Source of the DNA: Dickeya solani IPO 2222
GTDB lineage: Bacteria > Pseudomonadota > Gammaproteobacteria > Enterobacterales > Enterobacteriaceae
NCBI RefSeq assembly: GCF_001644705.1
Contig: NZ_CP015137.1
Span: 2,460,001 to 2,492,000 of the forward strand
Length of the DNA stretch: 32,000 bases
Reading direction: 5' to 3'
Made by a program: the position numbers and the translations under genes. Position 1 is the first letter of the stretch. Every line of letters starts with the position of its first letter. Of the stretch, positions 1 through 10,498 are shown one piece after another. The notes beneath the pieces were generated by a model, which had not been told where the DNA came from, ran no database searches, and was given only the letters and a program-made list of their open reading frames with translations.

Positions 1-391
1 TGTTATCGCCCCGCACGATCAGCACGGATTTGGCGTCGATATACGGTTTGGTGAAGTCATACTTCACCTGACGTTCTTTGGTTACGCCCACCTGGTTAAT
101 CACGGCGTCATAGCGTTTGGCGTCCACGCCGGCAATCAGCCCGTCCCAGCGGCCCTCGACGAATTCAGCTTTTACGCCCAGTTTTTCCGCCACGGCGCGG
201 CCGACATCCACATCGAAACCGACCAGTTTGCCGGAAGCATCATGGTAGGTGTAAGGCGCATACGTGCCCTCGGTACCAAATTTAATCACACCCGCGGCCT
301 TGATGGCGCTGAGATCGTCCTGAGCCTGTGCCAGCGCGCTGGTAACCAGTAAGGCGCCGGTAAGTAATGCTAAGCGAGATTTTTTCATCAT
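1..391 (-). CDS. Periplasmic polar amino-acid ABC transporter substrate-binding protein (family-3 SBP, cystine-binding TcyJ/FliY-like). Only the N-terminal ~130 aa are present; the gene runs off the left edge.
   Basis: Hand translation of the reverse strand from ATGATG (391/388) gives MMKKSRLALLTGALLVTSALAQAQDDLSAIKAAGVIKFGTEGTYAPYTYHDASGKLVGFDVDVGRAVAEKLGVKAEFVEGRWDGLIAGVDAKRYDAVINQVGVTKERQVKYDFTKPY... This shows a Sec-type signal peptide followed by motifs typical of polar amino-acid binding proteins. It is absent from the ORF track because no stop codon lies inside the window. Confidence 0.8.
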   Translation of the reverse strand, partial: MMKKSRLALLTGALLVTSALAQAQDDLSAIKAAGVIKFGTEGTYAPYTYHDASGKLVGFDVDVGRAVAEKLGVKAEFVEGRWDGLIAGVDAKRYDAVINQVGVTKERQVKYDFTKPYIDAKSVLIVRGDN

Positions 392-634
392 AGTTCCTGC
401 CAGGTATGGCTATTGTCGTTGTAAGTCAGAAATGCTGCGAATTTACGTGATGTCATGATGTTTGCCAAGTACATAAAGACATGGCTTATATCTGCTATGA
501 ATATAGTGAGCGCCGGTATTTTTTACCACTGAGGACCGCGGATTAGCATCGCGAGGAAGGCGTGATATACGGTGGTAACAATCGGTCGCCAGACTTGTTC
601 TTTCCCGCCGTAGTCTGTTGCCTGAGGAGGCGCT

Positions 635-1777
635 ATGAAGCTCAGACTTGCCAGCTATAACGTTGAAAACCTGTTTCACCGTACCGCTATTCTCAACCTG
701 CCCGACCCGCAGCAAAGCAGTGAATTGCTGGAAAAAGTACGCCAGTTGCAAACGCTGCTGGATGCCGATAAGTATGACGACGCCCTGAAAGACCGGGTCT
801 TTAGCCTGACCAGCAATCTCCAGCCCTACGTTGACCTTCGCGTCGATGGCGGATCGCTCGGCAGTTGGAAAAACGAGGCGGGCAAGACCGGATTCCGGAT
901 TAACAAGAGCTGCCAGGGGCGAGGTGACTGGCTGGGCGAGCTGGTTTTTCGTGCCGAAGCGTTCGGCGATCAACAGCGAAAAAATACCGGGCTGGTCATC
1001 AAGGCGCTGAATGCCGATATCCTGTGCGCGGCGGAAGTAGAAAACATGGCGGTGCTGCGTGATTTCAACCAGCAGATTCTGGCGGATCAGGCATTCGCTC
1101 AGTATGTCATGATCGACAGCCCGAACGATCCACGCGGCATTGATGTCGCCTGTCTGACACGTCATCGTATTACCCAACTGCGTACCCATATCTTTGACGC
1201 CAGCGCGTCGTTCAAACCGCTGTTCAGCCGCGATTGTCTGGAAGTGACGATAGATGTCGGCCTGCCGCAGCCGGTGCATGTGTTGTGTAATCACTTCAAA
1301 AGCCAGAACGGCCGTAATGATGACGAGCGCGAACGCGCGGCCAAACGGCGGCACGCGCAGGCGGAGCGGGTGGCCGAAATTGCCCGCGGATACAATCTGC
1401 AGCAGGAGTATGTGGTGGTGATGGGCGACCTGAACGAGGATGTCGCTAATCCTTGGCACAGCCTGGCGCCGTTGTTTTCCGTGCCGGATTTGCACCCGGC
1501 GATCGATCCTTCCCTGCCGGAAACGGCGCGTTATACCTATTACTTCTCCGGTGGTAAGGCCGGGGAACGGCTGAACCAACTGGACTATATTTTCATTTCC
1601 ACGCCGTTGCATCAGGCGAAGGTCACCTGCGGCATTGAGCGGCGCGGCATCTACAACATTGACAAGATCACCGCGAAAGAAGGCGCGGAGCCGGTGACGC
1701 CGTTCCCGACCGTCACCTCCTGGGATACCGCGGCTTCGGATCACGCTGCCGTGTGGGTCGAGTTGGATATCCGCTGA
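635..1777 (+). CDS. Endonuclease/exonuclease/phosphatase (EEP) superfamily protein, 380 aa, with no signal peptide; probably a Mg-dependent nuclease or phosphoesterase of unknown specificity
   Basis: ATG at 635 is preceded by GAGGAGG. The EEP catalytic motifs appear in order: SYNVENLF (N9/E11), DILCAAEVEN (E134), GIDVA, CNHFKS (N219/H220), MGDLN (D265/N267), LDYIF (D317) and SDHAAVWVEL (D369/H370). The 433-aa antisense ORF 443..1744 is a shadow. Confidence 0.85.
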   Translation: MKLRLASYNVENLFHRTAILNLPDPQQSSELLEKVRQLQTLLDADKYDDALKDRVFSLTSNLQPYVDLRVDGGSLGSWKNEAGKTGFRINKSCQGRGDWLGELVFRAEAFGDQQRKNTGLVIKALNADILCAAEVENMAVLRDFNQQILADQAFAQYVMIDSPNDPRGIDVACLTRHRITQLRTHIFDASASFKPLFSRDCLEVTIDVGLPQPVHVLCNHFKSQNGRNDDERERAAKRRHAQAERVAEIARGYNLQQEYVVVMGDLNEDVANPWHSLAPLFSVPDLHPAIDPSLPETARYTYYFSGGKAGERLNQLDYIFISTPLHQAKVTCGIERRGIYNIDKITAKEGAEPVTPFPTVTSWDTAASDHAAVWVELDIR

Positions 1778-1824
1778 GCCTGCCCGGCATGCTGTGGCGG
1801 CGGTGAGGAAACTGCACCGGTGTG

Positions 1825-1856
1825 AACGAGGCGGATAACCCGCCTCGTTTTACTTT
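1825..1856 (+). terminator. Rho-independent terminator after the EEP gene
   Basis: A 10-bp stem AACGAGGCGG / CCGCCTCGTT with a 5-nt loop (ATAAC) runs into TTTT at 1848-1851. It begins 48 nt after the stop codon. Confidence 0.7.
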
Positions 1857-1989
1857 AGTGGGTAAGGCGTGCAGAGGAACCTGCATGTGAACCCATGATT
1901 TCCATTCATAAGCACAAGCGTTTTCTCTCTATAGTATTCATCCCGGCAACTGCTTAAATTATCGACCACAAGACTATGATGGAGAAGAG

Positions 1990-2835
1990 ATGATGTCGCA
2001 GCGAATCTGGCTGATTACCGGGGTCAGCACCGGCTTTGGCCGTGAACTTACGCAGCAACTGCTGGCCAAGGGCGACCACGTGGTAGGCACGGTACGGAAT
2101 CTGGCAAGCGTACAGCCCCTGATGGACCAATGGCCGGAGACGTTCCGCCCGGAAATACTGGATGTCACGGATATCGGTGCGATATCCGGCGTCGTCGACC
2201 GGACGTTCAAGCAGTTCGGCCGCATTGATGTGGCGATCAGCAATGCCGGTTATGGGCTGTTTGGCGCGGCGGAAGAACTTTCCGATCGCCAGATTGAGCA
2301 GATGATCGCCACTAACCTGCTGGGGTCCATTCAGTTTATTCGCCGTGTCATTCCCATCATGCGCCAGCAGGGCGGGGGGCGGATTATCCAGATCTCGTCC
2401 TATGGCGGGCAGGTGGCTTTCCCCGGAAATTCCCTTTATCACGCCACCAAATGGGGGATTGAAGGCTTTGTCGAGTCGGTCGCGCAGGAAGTCGCTCCCT
2501 TTGGCATTGGCATGACCCTGGTTGAACCCGGCGGCGCCCGCACCGAATTCCGCTACGGCAGCGCGCAGGTCGCCACATTGATGCCGGTCTATGACGCGAC
2601 GCCCGCCCATGCCTTTTTACGCATGCTTGATCCCGCGAATGGGCTGGCGCCGGGCGATCCGGCCAGAATGGCGACGCGCATTATCGAAAGCGTTGATCGC
2701 CAACCGGCGCTGCTACGTATGGTGCTGGGTTCTCAGGCGTTGCAAGGCTCGATCGACGTGCTGCGTGAACGGTTGCGGAATTTTGAACAACAGGTCGATC
2801 TGGCTGCGTCCACCGACTTCCCGCCGGGAACGTAA
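1990..2835 (+). CDS. Short-chain dehydrogenase/reductase (classical SDR) family oxidoreductase
   Basis: GGAG lies 5 nt upstream of ATGATG. Motifs present are TGVSTGFG (cofactor-binding Gly motif), SNAG (NNAG variant), and S...YHATK (catalytic Ser/Tyr/Lys). Length is 281 aa. Confidence 0.9.
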   Translation: MMSQRIWLITGVSTGFGRELTQQLLAKGDHVVGTVRNLASVQPLMDQWPETFRPEILDVTDIGAISGVVDRTFKQFGRIDVAISNAGYGLFGAAEELSDRQIEQMIATNLLGSIQFIRRVIPIMRQQGGGRIIQISSYGGQVAFPGNSLYHATKWGIEGFVESVAQEVAPFGIGMTLVEPGGARTEFRYGSAQVATLMPVYDATPAHAFLRMLDPANGLAPGDPARMATRIIESVDRQPALLRMVLGSQALQGSIDVLRERLRNFEQQVDLAASTDFPPGT

Positions 2836-2912
2836 TGCCATTATCGATAGCCCTTTACCGCGGAGCGCACGCGCCGGTCTGGTGCTGACGTGTGCGCCGC
2901 AGGTATCCGTAA

Positions 2913-3881
<969 letters not shown>

Positions 3882-4113
3882 TAGCTCCATGCGGATTTCC
3901 CTGTCTAGTCGCCGGTTATCCGGCGCGATACGTTTTCATCAACGATTCAGTTCAGGTGGAGGGCGTCGGCTGACGGCGTGCCTTGTCGGGCGCGACGCCG
4001 ATATTGGCTGGCGCCAACCATACTGATAGCGGCGTATGGGGCGCAGCCTTGATGCCATGTCCGCCACCCTGTTGATGTTAACGCCGGCAATCAGGCCGGA
4101 AGTAGAGGAAAGA

Positions 4114-4509
4114 ATGAAGATTATTCGTAATGGCTCGCAGCCTTCCCGGCCAGGTCCGGAAGCGTGGTTTACCGGTCACGTACGCATTGACGCACCGTTT
4201 CAGGCGACAGAACCTGCCCGCGTGGGCGGCGCGACCGTCACCTTTGAACCCGGCGCACGCACCGCCTGGCACACCCATCCGCTGGGGCAAACGCTAATTG
4301 TGGTTCAGGGGCGAGGCTGGGTTCAGGAATGGGGCAAAGAAATTCATGAAATGAACCCGGGAGATATCGTATGGATCCCCGAAGGGGTGAAGCACTGGCA
4401 CGGCGCGACGGCGGAAACGGCGATGACGCACATCGCAATTGCCGAGTCACTTAATGGCAGTGTGGTGGAATGGATGGAGCACGTCAGTGATGAGCAATAC
4501 CCGAAATAA
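4114..4509 (+). CDS. Small single-domain cupin protein (131 aa)
   Basis: Cupin motif 1 is [20 protein letters not shown] and motif 2 is [18 protein letters not shown] 4114 is preceded by GAGGAAAG. The track ORF start at 4036 would add 26 aa with no obvious SD. Confidence 0.85.
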   Translation: MKIIRNGSQPSRPGPEAWFTGHVRIDAPFQATEPARVGGATVTFEPGARTAWHTHPLGQTLIVVQGRGWVQEWGKEIHEMNPGDIVWIPEGVKHWHGATAETAMTHIAIAESLNGSVVEWMEHVSDEQYPK

Positions 4510-4534
4510 CCTGGGAGACGGTGACGTGGCCGAT

Positions 4535-5278
4535 ATGTTGACAGCGAATCAAGACCATAAAGTGGTGGTGATTACTGGCGCCAGCAGCGGGCTTGGCGAA
4601 GCGCTGGCTCGCCATCTGGCCGCGGAAGGCGCCCGGCTGGTATTGGGCGCCCGCCGGTTAGAGCGGTTACACGCGCTTGCCCGCTCGTTGGGGCTGCCTG
4701 AAGCTGCCGTAGTCAGCACCGATGTGACCCGGCCGGAACAGGTGCAGGCGCTGGTCGACCGTGCCGTTGCGCTGTACGGCCGCATTGACGTGATGGTCAA
4801 CAACGCCGGATTAATGCCGCATTCCCTGCTGGAGCGACGCCGGATTGAGGACTGGGACGCCATGATCGATGTCAACCTGAAAGGGGTGCTGTATGGCATC
4901 GCCGCCGCGCTTCCCTATATGAAGCAGCAACAGAGCGGGCACATCATTAATACCTCTTCGGTGGCCGGACACAAAGTTCGCCCCGGCAGCGCGGTTTATG
5001 CCGCCACCAAGACCGCGGTGCGGGTCATTTCGGAAGGGCTTCGTCAGGAGGTCAAACCCTACAATATTCGCACCACCGTTATCTCGCCCGGCGCGGTGGA
5101 AAGCGAACTGGTGCAAAGTATTACCGATCCCGACATGGCGGCGGGCGTCAAGTCGTTCTATGACGACTATGCTATTTCTGCAGAGTCATTTGCCCGGGTC
5201 GTGGCCTTCGCCATCCACCAGCCTGACGATGTGGATATTAACGAAATTCTGTTCCGTCCGACCCGGCAGGAATTGTAA
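4535..5278 (+). CDS. Short-chain dehydrogenase/reductase (classical SDR, YdfG-like) oxidoreductase
   Basis: Motifs are [12 protein letters not shown] and S...YAATK. The start is uncertain: ATG 4535 gives the usual ~8 residues before the Gly motif, and alternatives are ATG 4490 and GTG 4526. The track start at 4439 lies inside the cupin gene and is unlikely. Confidence 0.85.
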   Translation: MLTANQDHKVVVITGASSGLGEALARHLAAEGARLVLGARRLERLHALARSLGLPEAAVVSTDVTRPEQVQALVDRAVALYGRIDVMVNNAGLMPHSLLERRRIEDWDAMIDVNLKGVLYGIAAALPYMKQQQSGHIINTSSVAGHKVRPGSAVYAATKTAVRVISEGLRQEVKPYNIRTTVISPGAVESELVQSITDPDMAAGVKSFYDDYAISAESFARVVAFAIHQPDDVDINEILFRPTRQEL

Positions 5279-5308
5279 TCACGCTTTGAATAAGGCAAGG
5301 AGTCAACT

Positions 5309-6361
5309 ATGACCATGAAAGTACTGGGTTATGCCGCGCAGTCGTCAGCCGCGCCGTTAGCACCGTTTCACTTTACTCGCCGTACGCCGCGCCCCGATGA
5401 TGTGGTGGTGGAGATTCTCTATTGCGGCGTTTGCCACTCCGATCTGCATCAGGCACGCAATGACTGGGGGTTTAGCCATTATCCGCTGGTACCCGGTCAT
5501 GAAATCATCGGGCGTGTGACCGCCGTTGGCGCTGGCGTCACCAAATTCAAACCTGACGATCTGGTGGGTATCGGCTGCCTGGTGGATTCGTGTCGTGTGT
5601 GTCAGCCCTGTCTGCAGGGTTTGGAACAATACTGCGATGAAGGCAACGTGCAGACCTATAACGGGGTTGACCGTCATGATCACCAGCCGACCTACGGCGG
5701 CTATTCCCAGCAAATCGTCGCCTCGCAGGATTTTGTGCTGCGGATTCCCGCATCGATGGACCTGAAATCGGCGGCGCCGCTGCTGTGCGCGGGGATTACC
5801 ACCTGGTCGCCGCTGCGCCACTGGAACGTCGGTAAAGGCAGCAAGGTGGCGGTGGTCGGATTGGGCGGTCTGGGCCATATGGCGATCAAACTGGCTCACG
5901 CACTCGGCGCGGAAGTGACGCTATTCACGCGTTCTCCCGGCAAAGAGGCCGACGCCCGGCGTTTAGGGGCTGACCGCATTGTGCTGTCGACGACGGCGTC
6001 GCAGATGGAGACGGTCAAAGGTCAGTTTGACCTGATTATCGACACCGTGCCCTACGAGCATGATATCAACCCTTACATGCCGACGCTGACGGTAGACGGC
6101 ACCCTGGTGTTTGTGGGCCTGCTGGGCGACATCAACCCGATGCTCAACACCGTGTCGATGATTCTGGGGCGGCGGTCGGTAGCGGGTTCCTGTATCGGCG
6201 GGATTGCCGAGACGCAGGAAATGCTCGATTTCTGCGGCGAGCATGGCATTACTTCCGACGTGGAAATGATCGATATTCAGAACATCAACGCGGCCTATGA
6301 ACGTATGTTGAAAAGCGACGTGAAATACCGGTTTGTCATCGATATGGCATCGTTGGCATAA
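5309..6361 (+). CDS. Zn-dependent NAD(P)-dependent alcohol dehydrogenase, cinnamyl-alcohol-dehydrogenase/YahK-like MDR family
   Basis: AAGGAG lies 6 nt upstream of the ATG. Motifs are CGVCHSDLH...GHEIIGRV (catalytic Zn), C..C..C...C (structural Zn: CRVCQPCLQGLEQYC), the GLGGLGH Rossmann motif, and a C-terminal ERMLKSDVKYRFVID. By my recollection it is colinear with E. coli YahK along the full length. Confidence 0.9.
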   Translation: MTMKVLGYAAQSSAAPLAPFHFTRRTPRPDDVVVEILYCGVCHSDLHQARNDWGFSHYPLVPGHEIIGRVTAVGAGVTKFKPDDLVGIGCLVDSCRVCQPCLQGLEQYCDEGNVQTYNGVDRHDHQPTYGGYSQQIVASQDFVLRIPASMDLKSAAPLLCAGITTWSPLRHWNVGKGSKVAVVGLGGLGHMAIKLAHALGAEVTLFTRSPGKEADARRLGADRIVLSTTASQMETVKGQFDLIIDTVPYEHDINPYMPTLTVDGTLVFVGLLGDINPMLNTVSMILGRRSVAGSCIGGIAETQEMLDFCGEHGITSDVEMIDIQNINAAYERMLKSDVKYRFVIDMASLA

Positions 6362-6447
6362 GCCTGCTGACGCAGGTATTCGCAGACAGTAAAGACCGCG
6401 ACCGGGTAATCAACTCTGATTGAGCGGGACATGCAGCGGTGATACGT

Positions 6448-6483
6448 AAAAAGGCGCGATCCAAACCGGTATCGCGCCTTTTG
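6448..6483. terminator. Bidirectional rho-independent terminator between the ADH gene (+) and fis (-)
   Basis: AAAAGGCGCGAT (6449-6460) pairs with ATCGCGCCTTTT (6471-6482) around a 10-nt loop. An A-run before and a T-run after provide a U-tract for either strand. Confidence 0.75.
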
Positions 6484-6507
6484 TATTCAGTGGATGACTG
6501 ATGGTTA

Positions 6508-6804
6508 TCAGTTCATACCGTATTTTTTCAGTTTCTTACGCAGCGTACCGCGGTTGATGCCCATCATCAGAGCAGCGCGGGTCTGGTTGCCGCGGGTGTA
6601 CTGCATCACCATGTCCAACAGCGGCTGTTCTACTTCAGCCAGTACCAGCTCATACAGGTCATTCACATCCTGACCATTCAGTTGAGCGAAATAGTTCTTC
6701 AGTGCCTGTTTAACCGAGTCGCGCAGGGGTTTTTGGGTTACCTGAGCCTGAGAGTTTACAGTGGAAACGGTCAGTACGTCAGAATTCACGCGTTGTTCGA
6801 ACAT
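6508..6804 (-). CDS. fis: DNA-binding protein Fis (nucleoid-associated global regulator)
   Basis: The 98-aa product [19 protein letters not shown]...[27 protein letters not shown] is essentially identical to enterobacterial Fis. It lies immediately downstream of dusB, as in the conserved dusB-fis operon. Confidence 0.99.
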   Translation of the reverse strand: MFEQRVNSDVLTVSTVNSQAQVTQKPLRDSVKQALKNYFAQLNGQDVNDLYELVLAEVEQPLLDMVMQYTRGNQTRAALMMGINRGTLRKKLKKYGMN

Positions 6805-6827
6805 AGTTCTGTCAGCTCTTTTTCTGT

Positions 6828-7793
6828 TTACGCAAGATTTTCAAAATATGCCTTCAACGCCTCCAGCTGTTCGCTGGCGTCCTCTATGGCGTTGAATGTG
6901 CGCCTAAACTGGTCGTTTGGGGCGTGCTCCTGGAGATACCAGGACACGTGCTTACGTGCTATACGAAATCCCTTGCCTGGACCATAAAAGTCGTGCAATT
7001 CCCGTATATGCCCGATCAACAAGCGCTTGACCTCTGCCAGTGGCAGGGGGGGCAGCAGCTCCCCTGTGTCCAGATAATGCTGGATTTCCCGAAAGATCCA
7101 GGGTCTTCCCTGAGCGGCTCGTCCTATCATCAGGGCGTCAGCCCCGGTGTAATCAAGAACCGCTCTGGCTTTGCGCGGGTCAGTAATGTCGCCATTCGCA
7201 ATAATGGGAATGGAAACGCTCTGCTTAACTGTCCGAATACTGTCGTATTCCGCTTCGCCATTGAACAGACACGCGCGCGTGCGTCCATGGACGGTGAGCG
7301 CCTGAATACCACAGTCTTCAGCCAATTTGGCAATCTCGGTACAGTTACGGTGCTCTGGCGCCCAGCCGGTGCGGATTTTCAGCGTTACCGGTACGTCTAC
7401 CGCCTTCACCACCGCAGTCAGGATCTGTTTTACCAACGCCGGATACTGCAACAACGCCGATCCGGCCATCTTGCGGTTGACCTTCTTGGCCGGGCATCCC
7501 ATGTTGATGTCGATGACCTGCGCGCCGTTCTCCGCGTTGATTCTGGCGGCCGCCGCCATCTCGTCCGGATCGCCGCCGGCGATCTGCACCGCCCGGATAC
7601 CGGGCTCATCGTTATGTACCATACGCAGTCGCGACTTATCCGAACGCCACACTTCCGGATTGGAAGAGAGCATTTCAGAGACCGTCATTCCAGCGCCCAT
7701 CGCGTAACAGAGTGCCCGAAAGGGGCGATCGCTAACGCCCGCCATCGGGGCGGCAATCAAACGATTGGGAAGCTGAAATTGTCCAATGCGCAT
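6828..7793 (-). CDS. dusB: tRNA-dihydrouridine synthase B
   Basis: From ATG 7793 the product begins [26 protein letters not shown]... It is 321 aa and colinear with E. coli DusB. The track start at 7895 adds 34 non-homologous residues that cover the fis promoter. Confidence 0.97.
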   Translation of the reverse strand: MRIGQFQLPNRLIAAPMAGVSDRPFRALCYAMGAGMTVSEMLSSNPEVWRSDKSRLRMVHNDEPGIRAVQIAGGDPDEMAAAARINAENGAQVIDINMGCPAKKVNRKMAGSALLQYPALVKQILTAVVKAVDVPVTLKIRTGWAPEHRNCTEIAKLAEDCGIQALTVHGRTRACLFNGEAEYDSIRTVKQSVSIPIIANGDITDPRKARAVLDYTGADALMIGRAAQGRPWIFREIQHYLDTGELLPPLPLAEVKRLLIGHIRELHDFYGPGKGFRIARKHVSWYLQEHAPNDQFRRTFNAIEDASEQLEALKAYFENLA

Positions 7794-7824
7794 AGACAAA
7801 GAGTGACCATACTGTACCTGCAAG

Positions 7825-7860
7825 GGCGCGTATATTACGCATTTTTTACGCGATAGGAAA
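7825..7860 (-). promoter_or_regulatory. dusB-fis operon promoter (fis P): -10 TAATAT, -35-like TTCCTA, GC-rich discriminator
   Basis: The minus strand reads TTCCTAtcgcgtaaaaaatgcgTAATATacgcgccc. The -10 is at 7832-7837 and the -35 at 7854-7859, with a 16-nt spacer. As I recall it, this closely matches the E. coli fis promoter with its stringent-control GC discriminator. An AT-rich region from 7900 to 8050 lies upstream, where Fis/IHF sites sit in E. coli. Confidence 0.55.
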
Positions 7861-8103
7861 GGCCAAACTTTGAGCAATTGAGCGGAACAGATCAAGGAAA
7901 TGCCGCATTGCTGCCGCGCTGTTTTTATTTTCCCTTTATTTACAAAATGTTATTTTCATGTCGCTGATTTTGTGAACACGACTGGGAAATAAAACATCTG
8001 CCTGAATATGCTGTTTCAGCGCATAGAAACAGTGATTGATGGCAGCGGTAGTACGTTTATCCAGCGAGTAGTTCATTTGTCCAGCGAAATGTCCACATAA
8101 GAT

Positions 8104-8133
8104 GCCTGCCGGAACCGCGATGTTCCGACAGGC
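8104..8133 (-). terminator. Possible hairpin terminator after prmA (weak U-tract)
   Basis: On the minus-strand RNA, GCCUGUCGGAAC pairs with GUUCCGGCAGGC in a 12-bp stem that includes one G-U pair, with a 6-nt loop. It starts 11 nt after the prmA stop. The trailing sequence AUCUUAUGUGG is U-poor. Confidence 0.35.
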
Positions 8134-8144
8134 AAGGCAACAGG

Positions 8145-9032
8145 TCAGACTGGTTTACGGATGCCGGTAATGCGGCACCACTCTTCTTTTTCCGCCACCG
8201 GGTCGAGCTGGAACCGGTCTTCATAGGCTTCCGCCACGCTTTGCGCTTGCGAGGCCAGAATGCCGGACAGACCGAGGTGACCACCGTTCTTCGGCAGCAC
8301 GCCGATCAGCGGCGCCAGCTCGCGCAGCGGGCCGGCCAGAATGTTGGCGACCACCACGTCGGCGGACATATTTGCTGGCTGATCCTTCGGCAGATACAGC
8401 TCCAGACGTTCGGACACGCCGTTACGCTGCGCGTTGTCGCGGCTGGCCTGAATCGCCTGCGGGTCGATATCGATACCGATGGCGTGGGCAGCGCCGAGTT
8501 TCAGCGCGGCAATCGCCAGAATGCCGGAGCCGCAGCCGAAGTCGATGACGGTTTTGCCGTCCAGATCCAGCCCGTCGAGCCATTGCAGGCACAGTGAGGT
8601 GGTCGGGTGGGTGCCGGTGCCAAACGCCAGACCGGGGTCCAGCATCACGTTGACCGCGTTCGGGTCCGGTACCTCGCGCCAGCTCGGGCAAATCCACAGC
8701 CGTTTGCCGAACTGCATCGGATGGAAGTTTTCCATCCATTCCCGCTCCCAGTCCTTGTCTTCCAACTGTTCGATTTTGTGCCGGAAACCGGCGCCAAGCA
8801 GCGGTTCCTGCTCCAACATGGCGATAACCTCGGCCATGTCGGTTTCGGCGTCGTACAGACCGATGACGTCGGTATCGCCCCATAAGCGGGTTTCGCCCGG
8901 CAGCGGTTCGAACACCGGCGTGTCGTGCGTGTCCTGAAACGTGACCGAGACGGCGCCGCTTTCAGACAGCGCGTCGCCCAGTTGTTCCGCGTGTGCGCCG
9001 GACGCATTGATTTTCAGTTGAATCCACGGCAT
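8145..9032 (-). CDS. prmA: Ribosomal protein L11 methyltransferase
   Basis: From ATG 9032 the product begins [22 protein letters not shown]... It carries the SAM-binding motif [13 protein letters not shown] and is colinear with E. coli PrmA. Confidence 0.97.
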   Translation of the reverse strand: MPWIQLKINASGAHAEQLGDALSESGAVSVTFQDTHDTPVFEPLPGETRLWGDTDVIGLYDAETDMAEVIAMLEQEPLLGAGFRHKIEQLEDKDWEREWMENFHPMQFGKRLWICPSWREVPDPNAVNVMLDPGLAFGTGTHPTTSLCLQWLDGLDLDGKTVIDFGCGSGILAIAALKLGAAHAIGIDIDPQAIQASRDNAQRNGVSERLELYLPKDQPANMSADVVVANILAGPLRELAPLIGVLPKNGGHLGLSGILASQAQSVAEAYEDRFQLDPVAEKEEWCRITGIRKPV

Positions 9033-9046
9033 AGCAGCCTCTGACC

Positions 9047-10498
9047 TCAAAGTGATGAAGATGCGGCAACCGCAGGCGCGGGCTGGCGCCCAAATCGGTT
9101 GCCCAGAATAAACGCCACCAGGCTAAACAGCAGCGATGGCACAATCGGATGAAAGCCGGCCAGCTGGATGTTGAAGCTGGCGAGCAGGGTGTAGCTGACA
9201 GCACCGCTGAACATCGAACACAGCGCGCCGGCGGCGTTGGCGCGTTCCCAATAGAGCCCCAGCACCAATGGCCACAGGAACACCGCTTCCAGCCCGCCGA
9301 ACGCCAGCAGGTTCAGCCAGATGATCATTTCCGGTGGTCGCCACGACGCCAGCAGCACCAGCAGGCCGAGCAGCAGGGTGGTGAAACTGGACAGATGGCG
9401 GATATAACGCTCGTTGCTGATCTTCTGAGGATAGACGCTCAGGTAAAGATCTTTCACGATCGTCGCGGAAGCCTGCAGCAAATGGGCGTTAATGTTCGAC
9501 ATGATGGCGGCGGTCGGCGCAGCCAGGAAGATCCCGGCGGCCAGCGGCGGCAGCACGGTCAGCATCAGCTCCGGCAGCACCTGATCAGGAATGGTCAGGT
9601 TGGGCAGGATAGCGCGCCCCAGCGCGCCGGCCAGATGCATACCCAGCATCAGTACGCTGATGACCAGGGTGCCGATCAGGATGCCACGGTGCAGCGCTTT
9701 GCTGTCACGGTAGGAAATGCAGCGCACGGCGGTATTGGGCAGGCCGATGACGCCAAAACACACCAGCACCCAGAACGACGCCATGAACGGCGCGGACAGG
9801 AGCTGGTTGCTGCCGTGCGGATCGACCAGCGCCGGGTTGATCTGCGCCAGTTTGCCGACGGCGGCCGGCAAGCCGCCCGCGGCGTAGATCACGCCTGCCA
9901 GCAACAGCAGGGTGCCGATCAGCATCACAATCCCCTGCAACGCGTCGTTCAGCACACTGGCGCGAAAGCCGCCGAACGAGGTATAGAGCGCGATGGTAAT
10001 GCCGAAGATCAGTAACCCGACGTTGTAGGGCACGTGGGCGACGGTTTCCAGCAGCCGGGCGCCGCCGATAAATTGCACCGCCATCGCGCCGATAAACGCC
10101 ACCAGCAGGCTCAGGCTGGCGAACCAGACCAGCAAACGGCTGCCGTAGCGGGCGTACAGCATGTCATTGAGGGTGATGGCGTTGTAACGGCGCGCCAGAA
10201 TAGCGAACTTCTTGCCGAGGATGCTCAGTGACAACAGCATTGTCGGCACCTGAATCATCGACAGCAGTACCCAGCCCAGCCCGTATTTGTAGGCCGCGCC
10301 AGGGCCGCCGATGAACGAACTGGCGCTGACATAAGTACCAATCAGCGTCATCGCCAGCACGAAGCCGCCCATCGAGCGGTTGCCGATAAAATATTCGGTG
10401 AGAAAGTTGCCCTGCTGGCGACGCCGCCAGGCATAGACTGACAGGCCGAACACCAGTAGCAGATAAGCAATCAGCGGCAGGATGACATCATTCTGCAT
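9047..10498 (-). CDS. panF: Sodium/pantothenate symporter (SSS family)
   Basis: From ATG 10498 the product begins [27 protein letters not shown]... It is 483 aa, the same length as E. coli PanF and colinear with it, and is a multi-TM protein. Its start overlaps the end of yhdT by 11 nt. Confidence 0.97.
   Translation of the reverse strand: MQNDVILPLIAYLLLVFGLSVYAWRRRQQGNFLTEYFIGNRSMGGFVLAMTLIGTYVSASSFIGGPGAAYKYGLGWVLLSMIQVPTMLLSLSILGKKFAILARRYNAITLNDMLYARYGSRLLVWFASLSLLVAFIGAMAVQFIGGARLLETVAHVPYNVGLLIFGITIALYTSFGGFRASVLNDALQGIVMLIGTLLLLAGVIYAAGGLPAAVGKLAQINPALVDPHGSNQLLSAPFMASFWVLVCFGVIGLPNTAVRCISYRDSKALHRGILIGTLVISVLMLGMHLAGALGRAILPNLTIPDQVLPELMLTVLPPLAAGIFLAAPTAAIMSNINAHLLQASATIVKDLYLSVYPQKISNERYIRHLSSFTTLLLGLLVLLASWRPPEMIIWLNLLAFGGLEAVFLWPLVLGLYWERANAAGALCSMFSGAVSYTLLASFNIQLAGFHPIVPSLLFSLVAFILGNRFGRQPAPAVAASSSL

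Noticed and set aside
443-1744. 433-aa ORF antisense to the EEP gene
   Set aside because: The product is Arg/Gly/His-rich with no recognisable domain and no SD. It overlaps an ORF on the opposite strand that has a complete set of EEP catalytic motifs. This is a typical shadow ORF in GC-rich DNA.
2866-2898. GCGCAC ... GTGCGC inverted repeat between the convergent SDR and LysR genes, considered as a bidirectional terminator
   Set aside because: It has only 6-bp arms, a ~21-nt loop, and no flanking T or A runs. That is too weak to call.
8057-8284. 75-aa ORF spanning the prmA 3' end and the downstream spacer
   Set aside because: It overlaps prmA in another frame on the same strand and has no SD. 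The spacer is better explained by the prmA hairpin and the upstream part of the fis promoter region.
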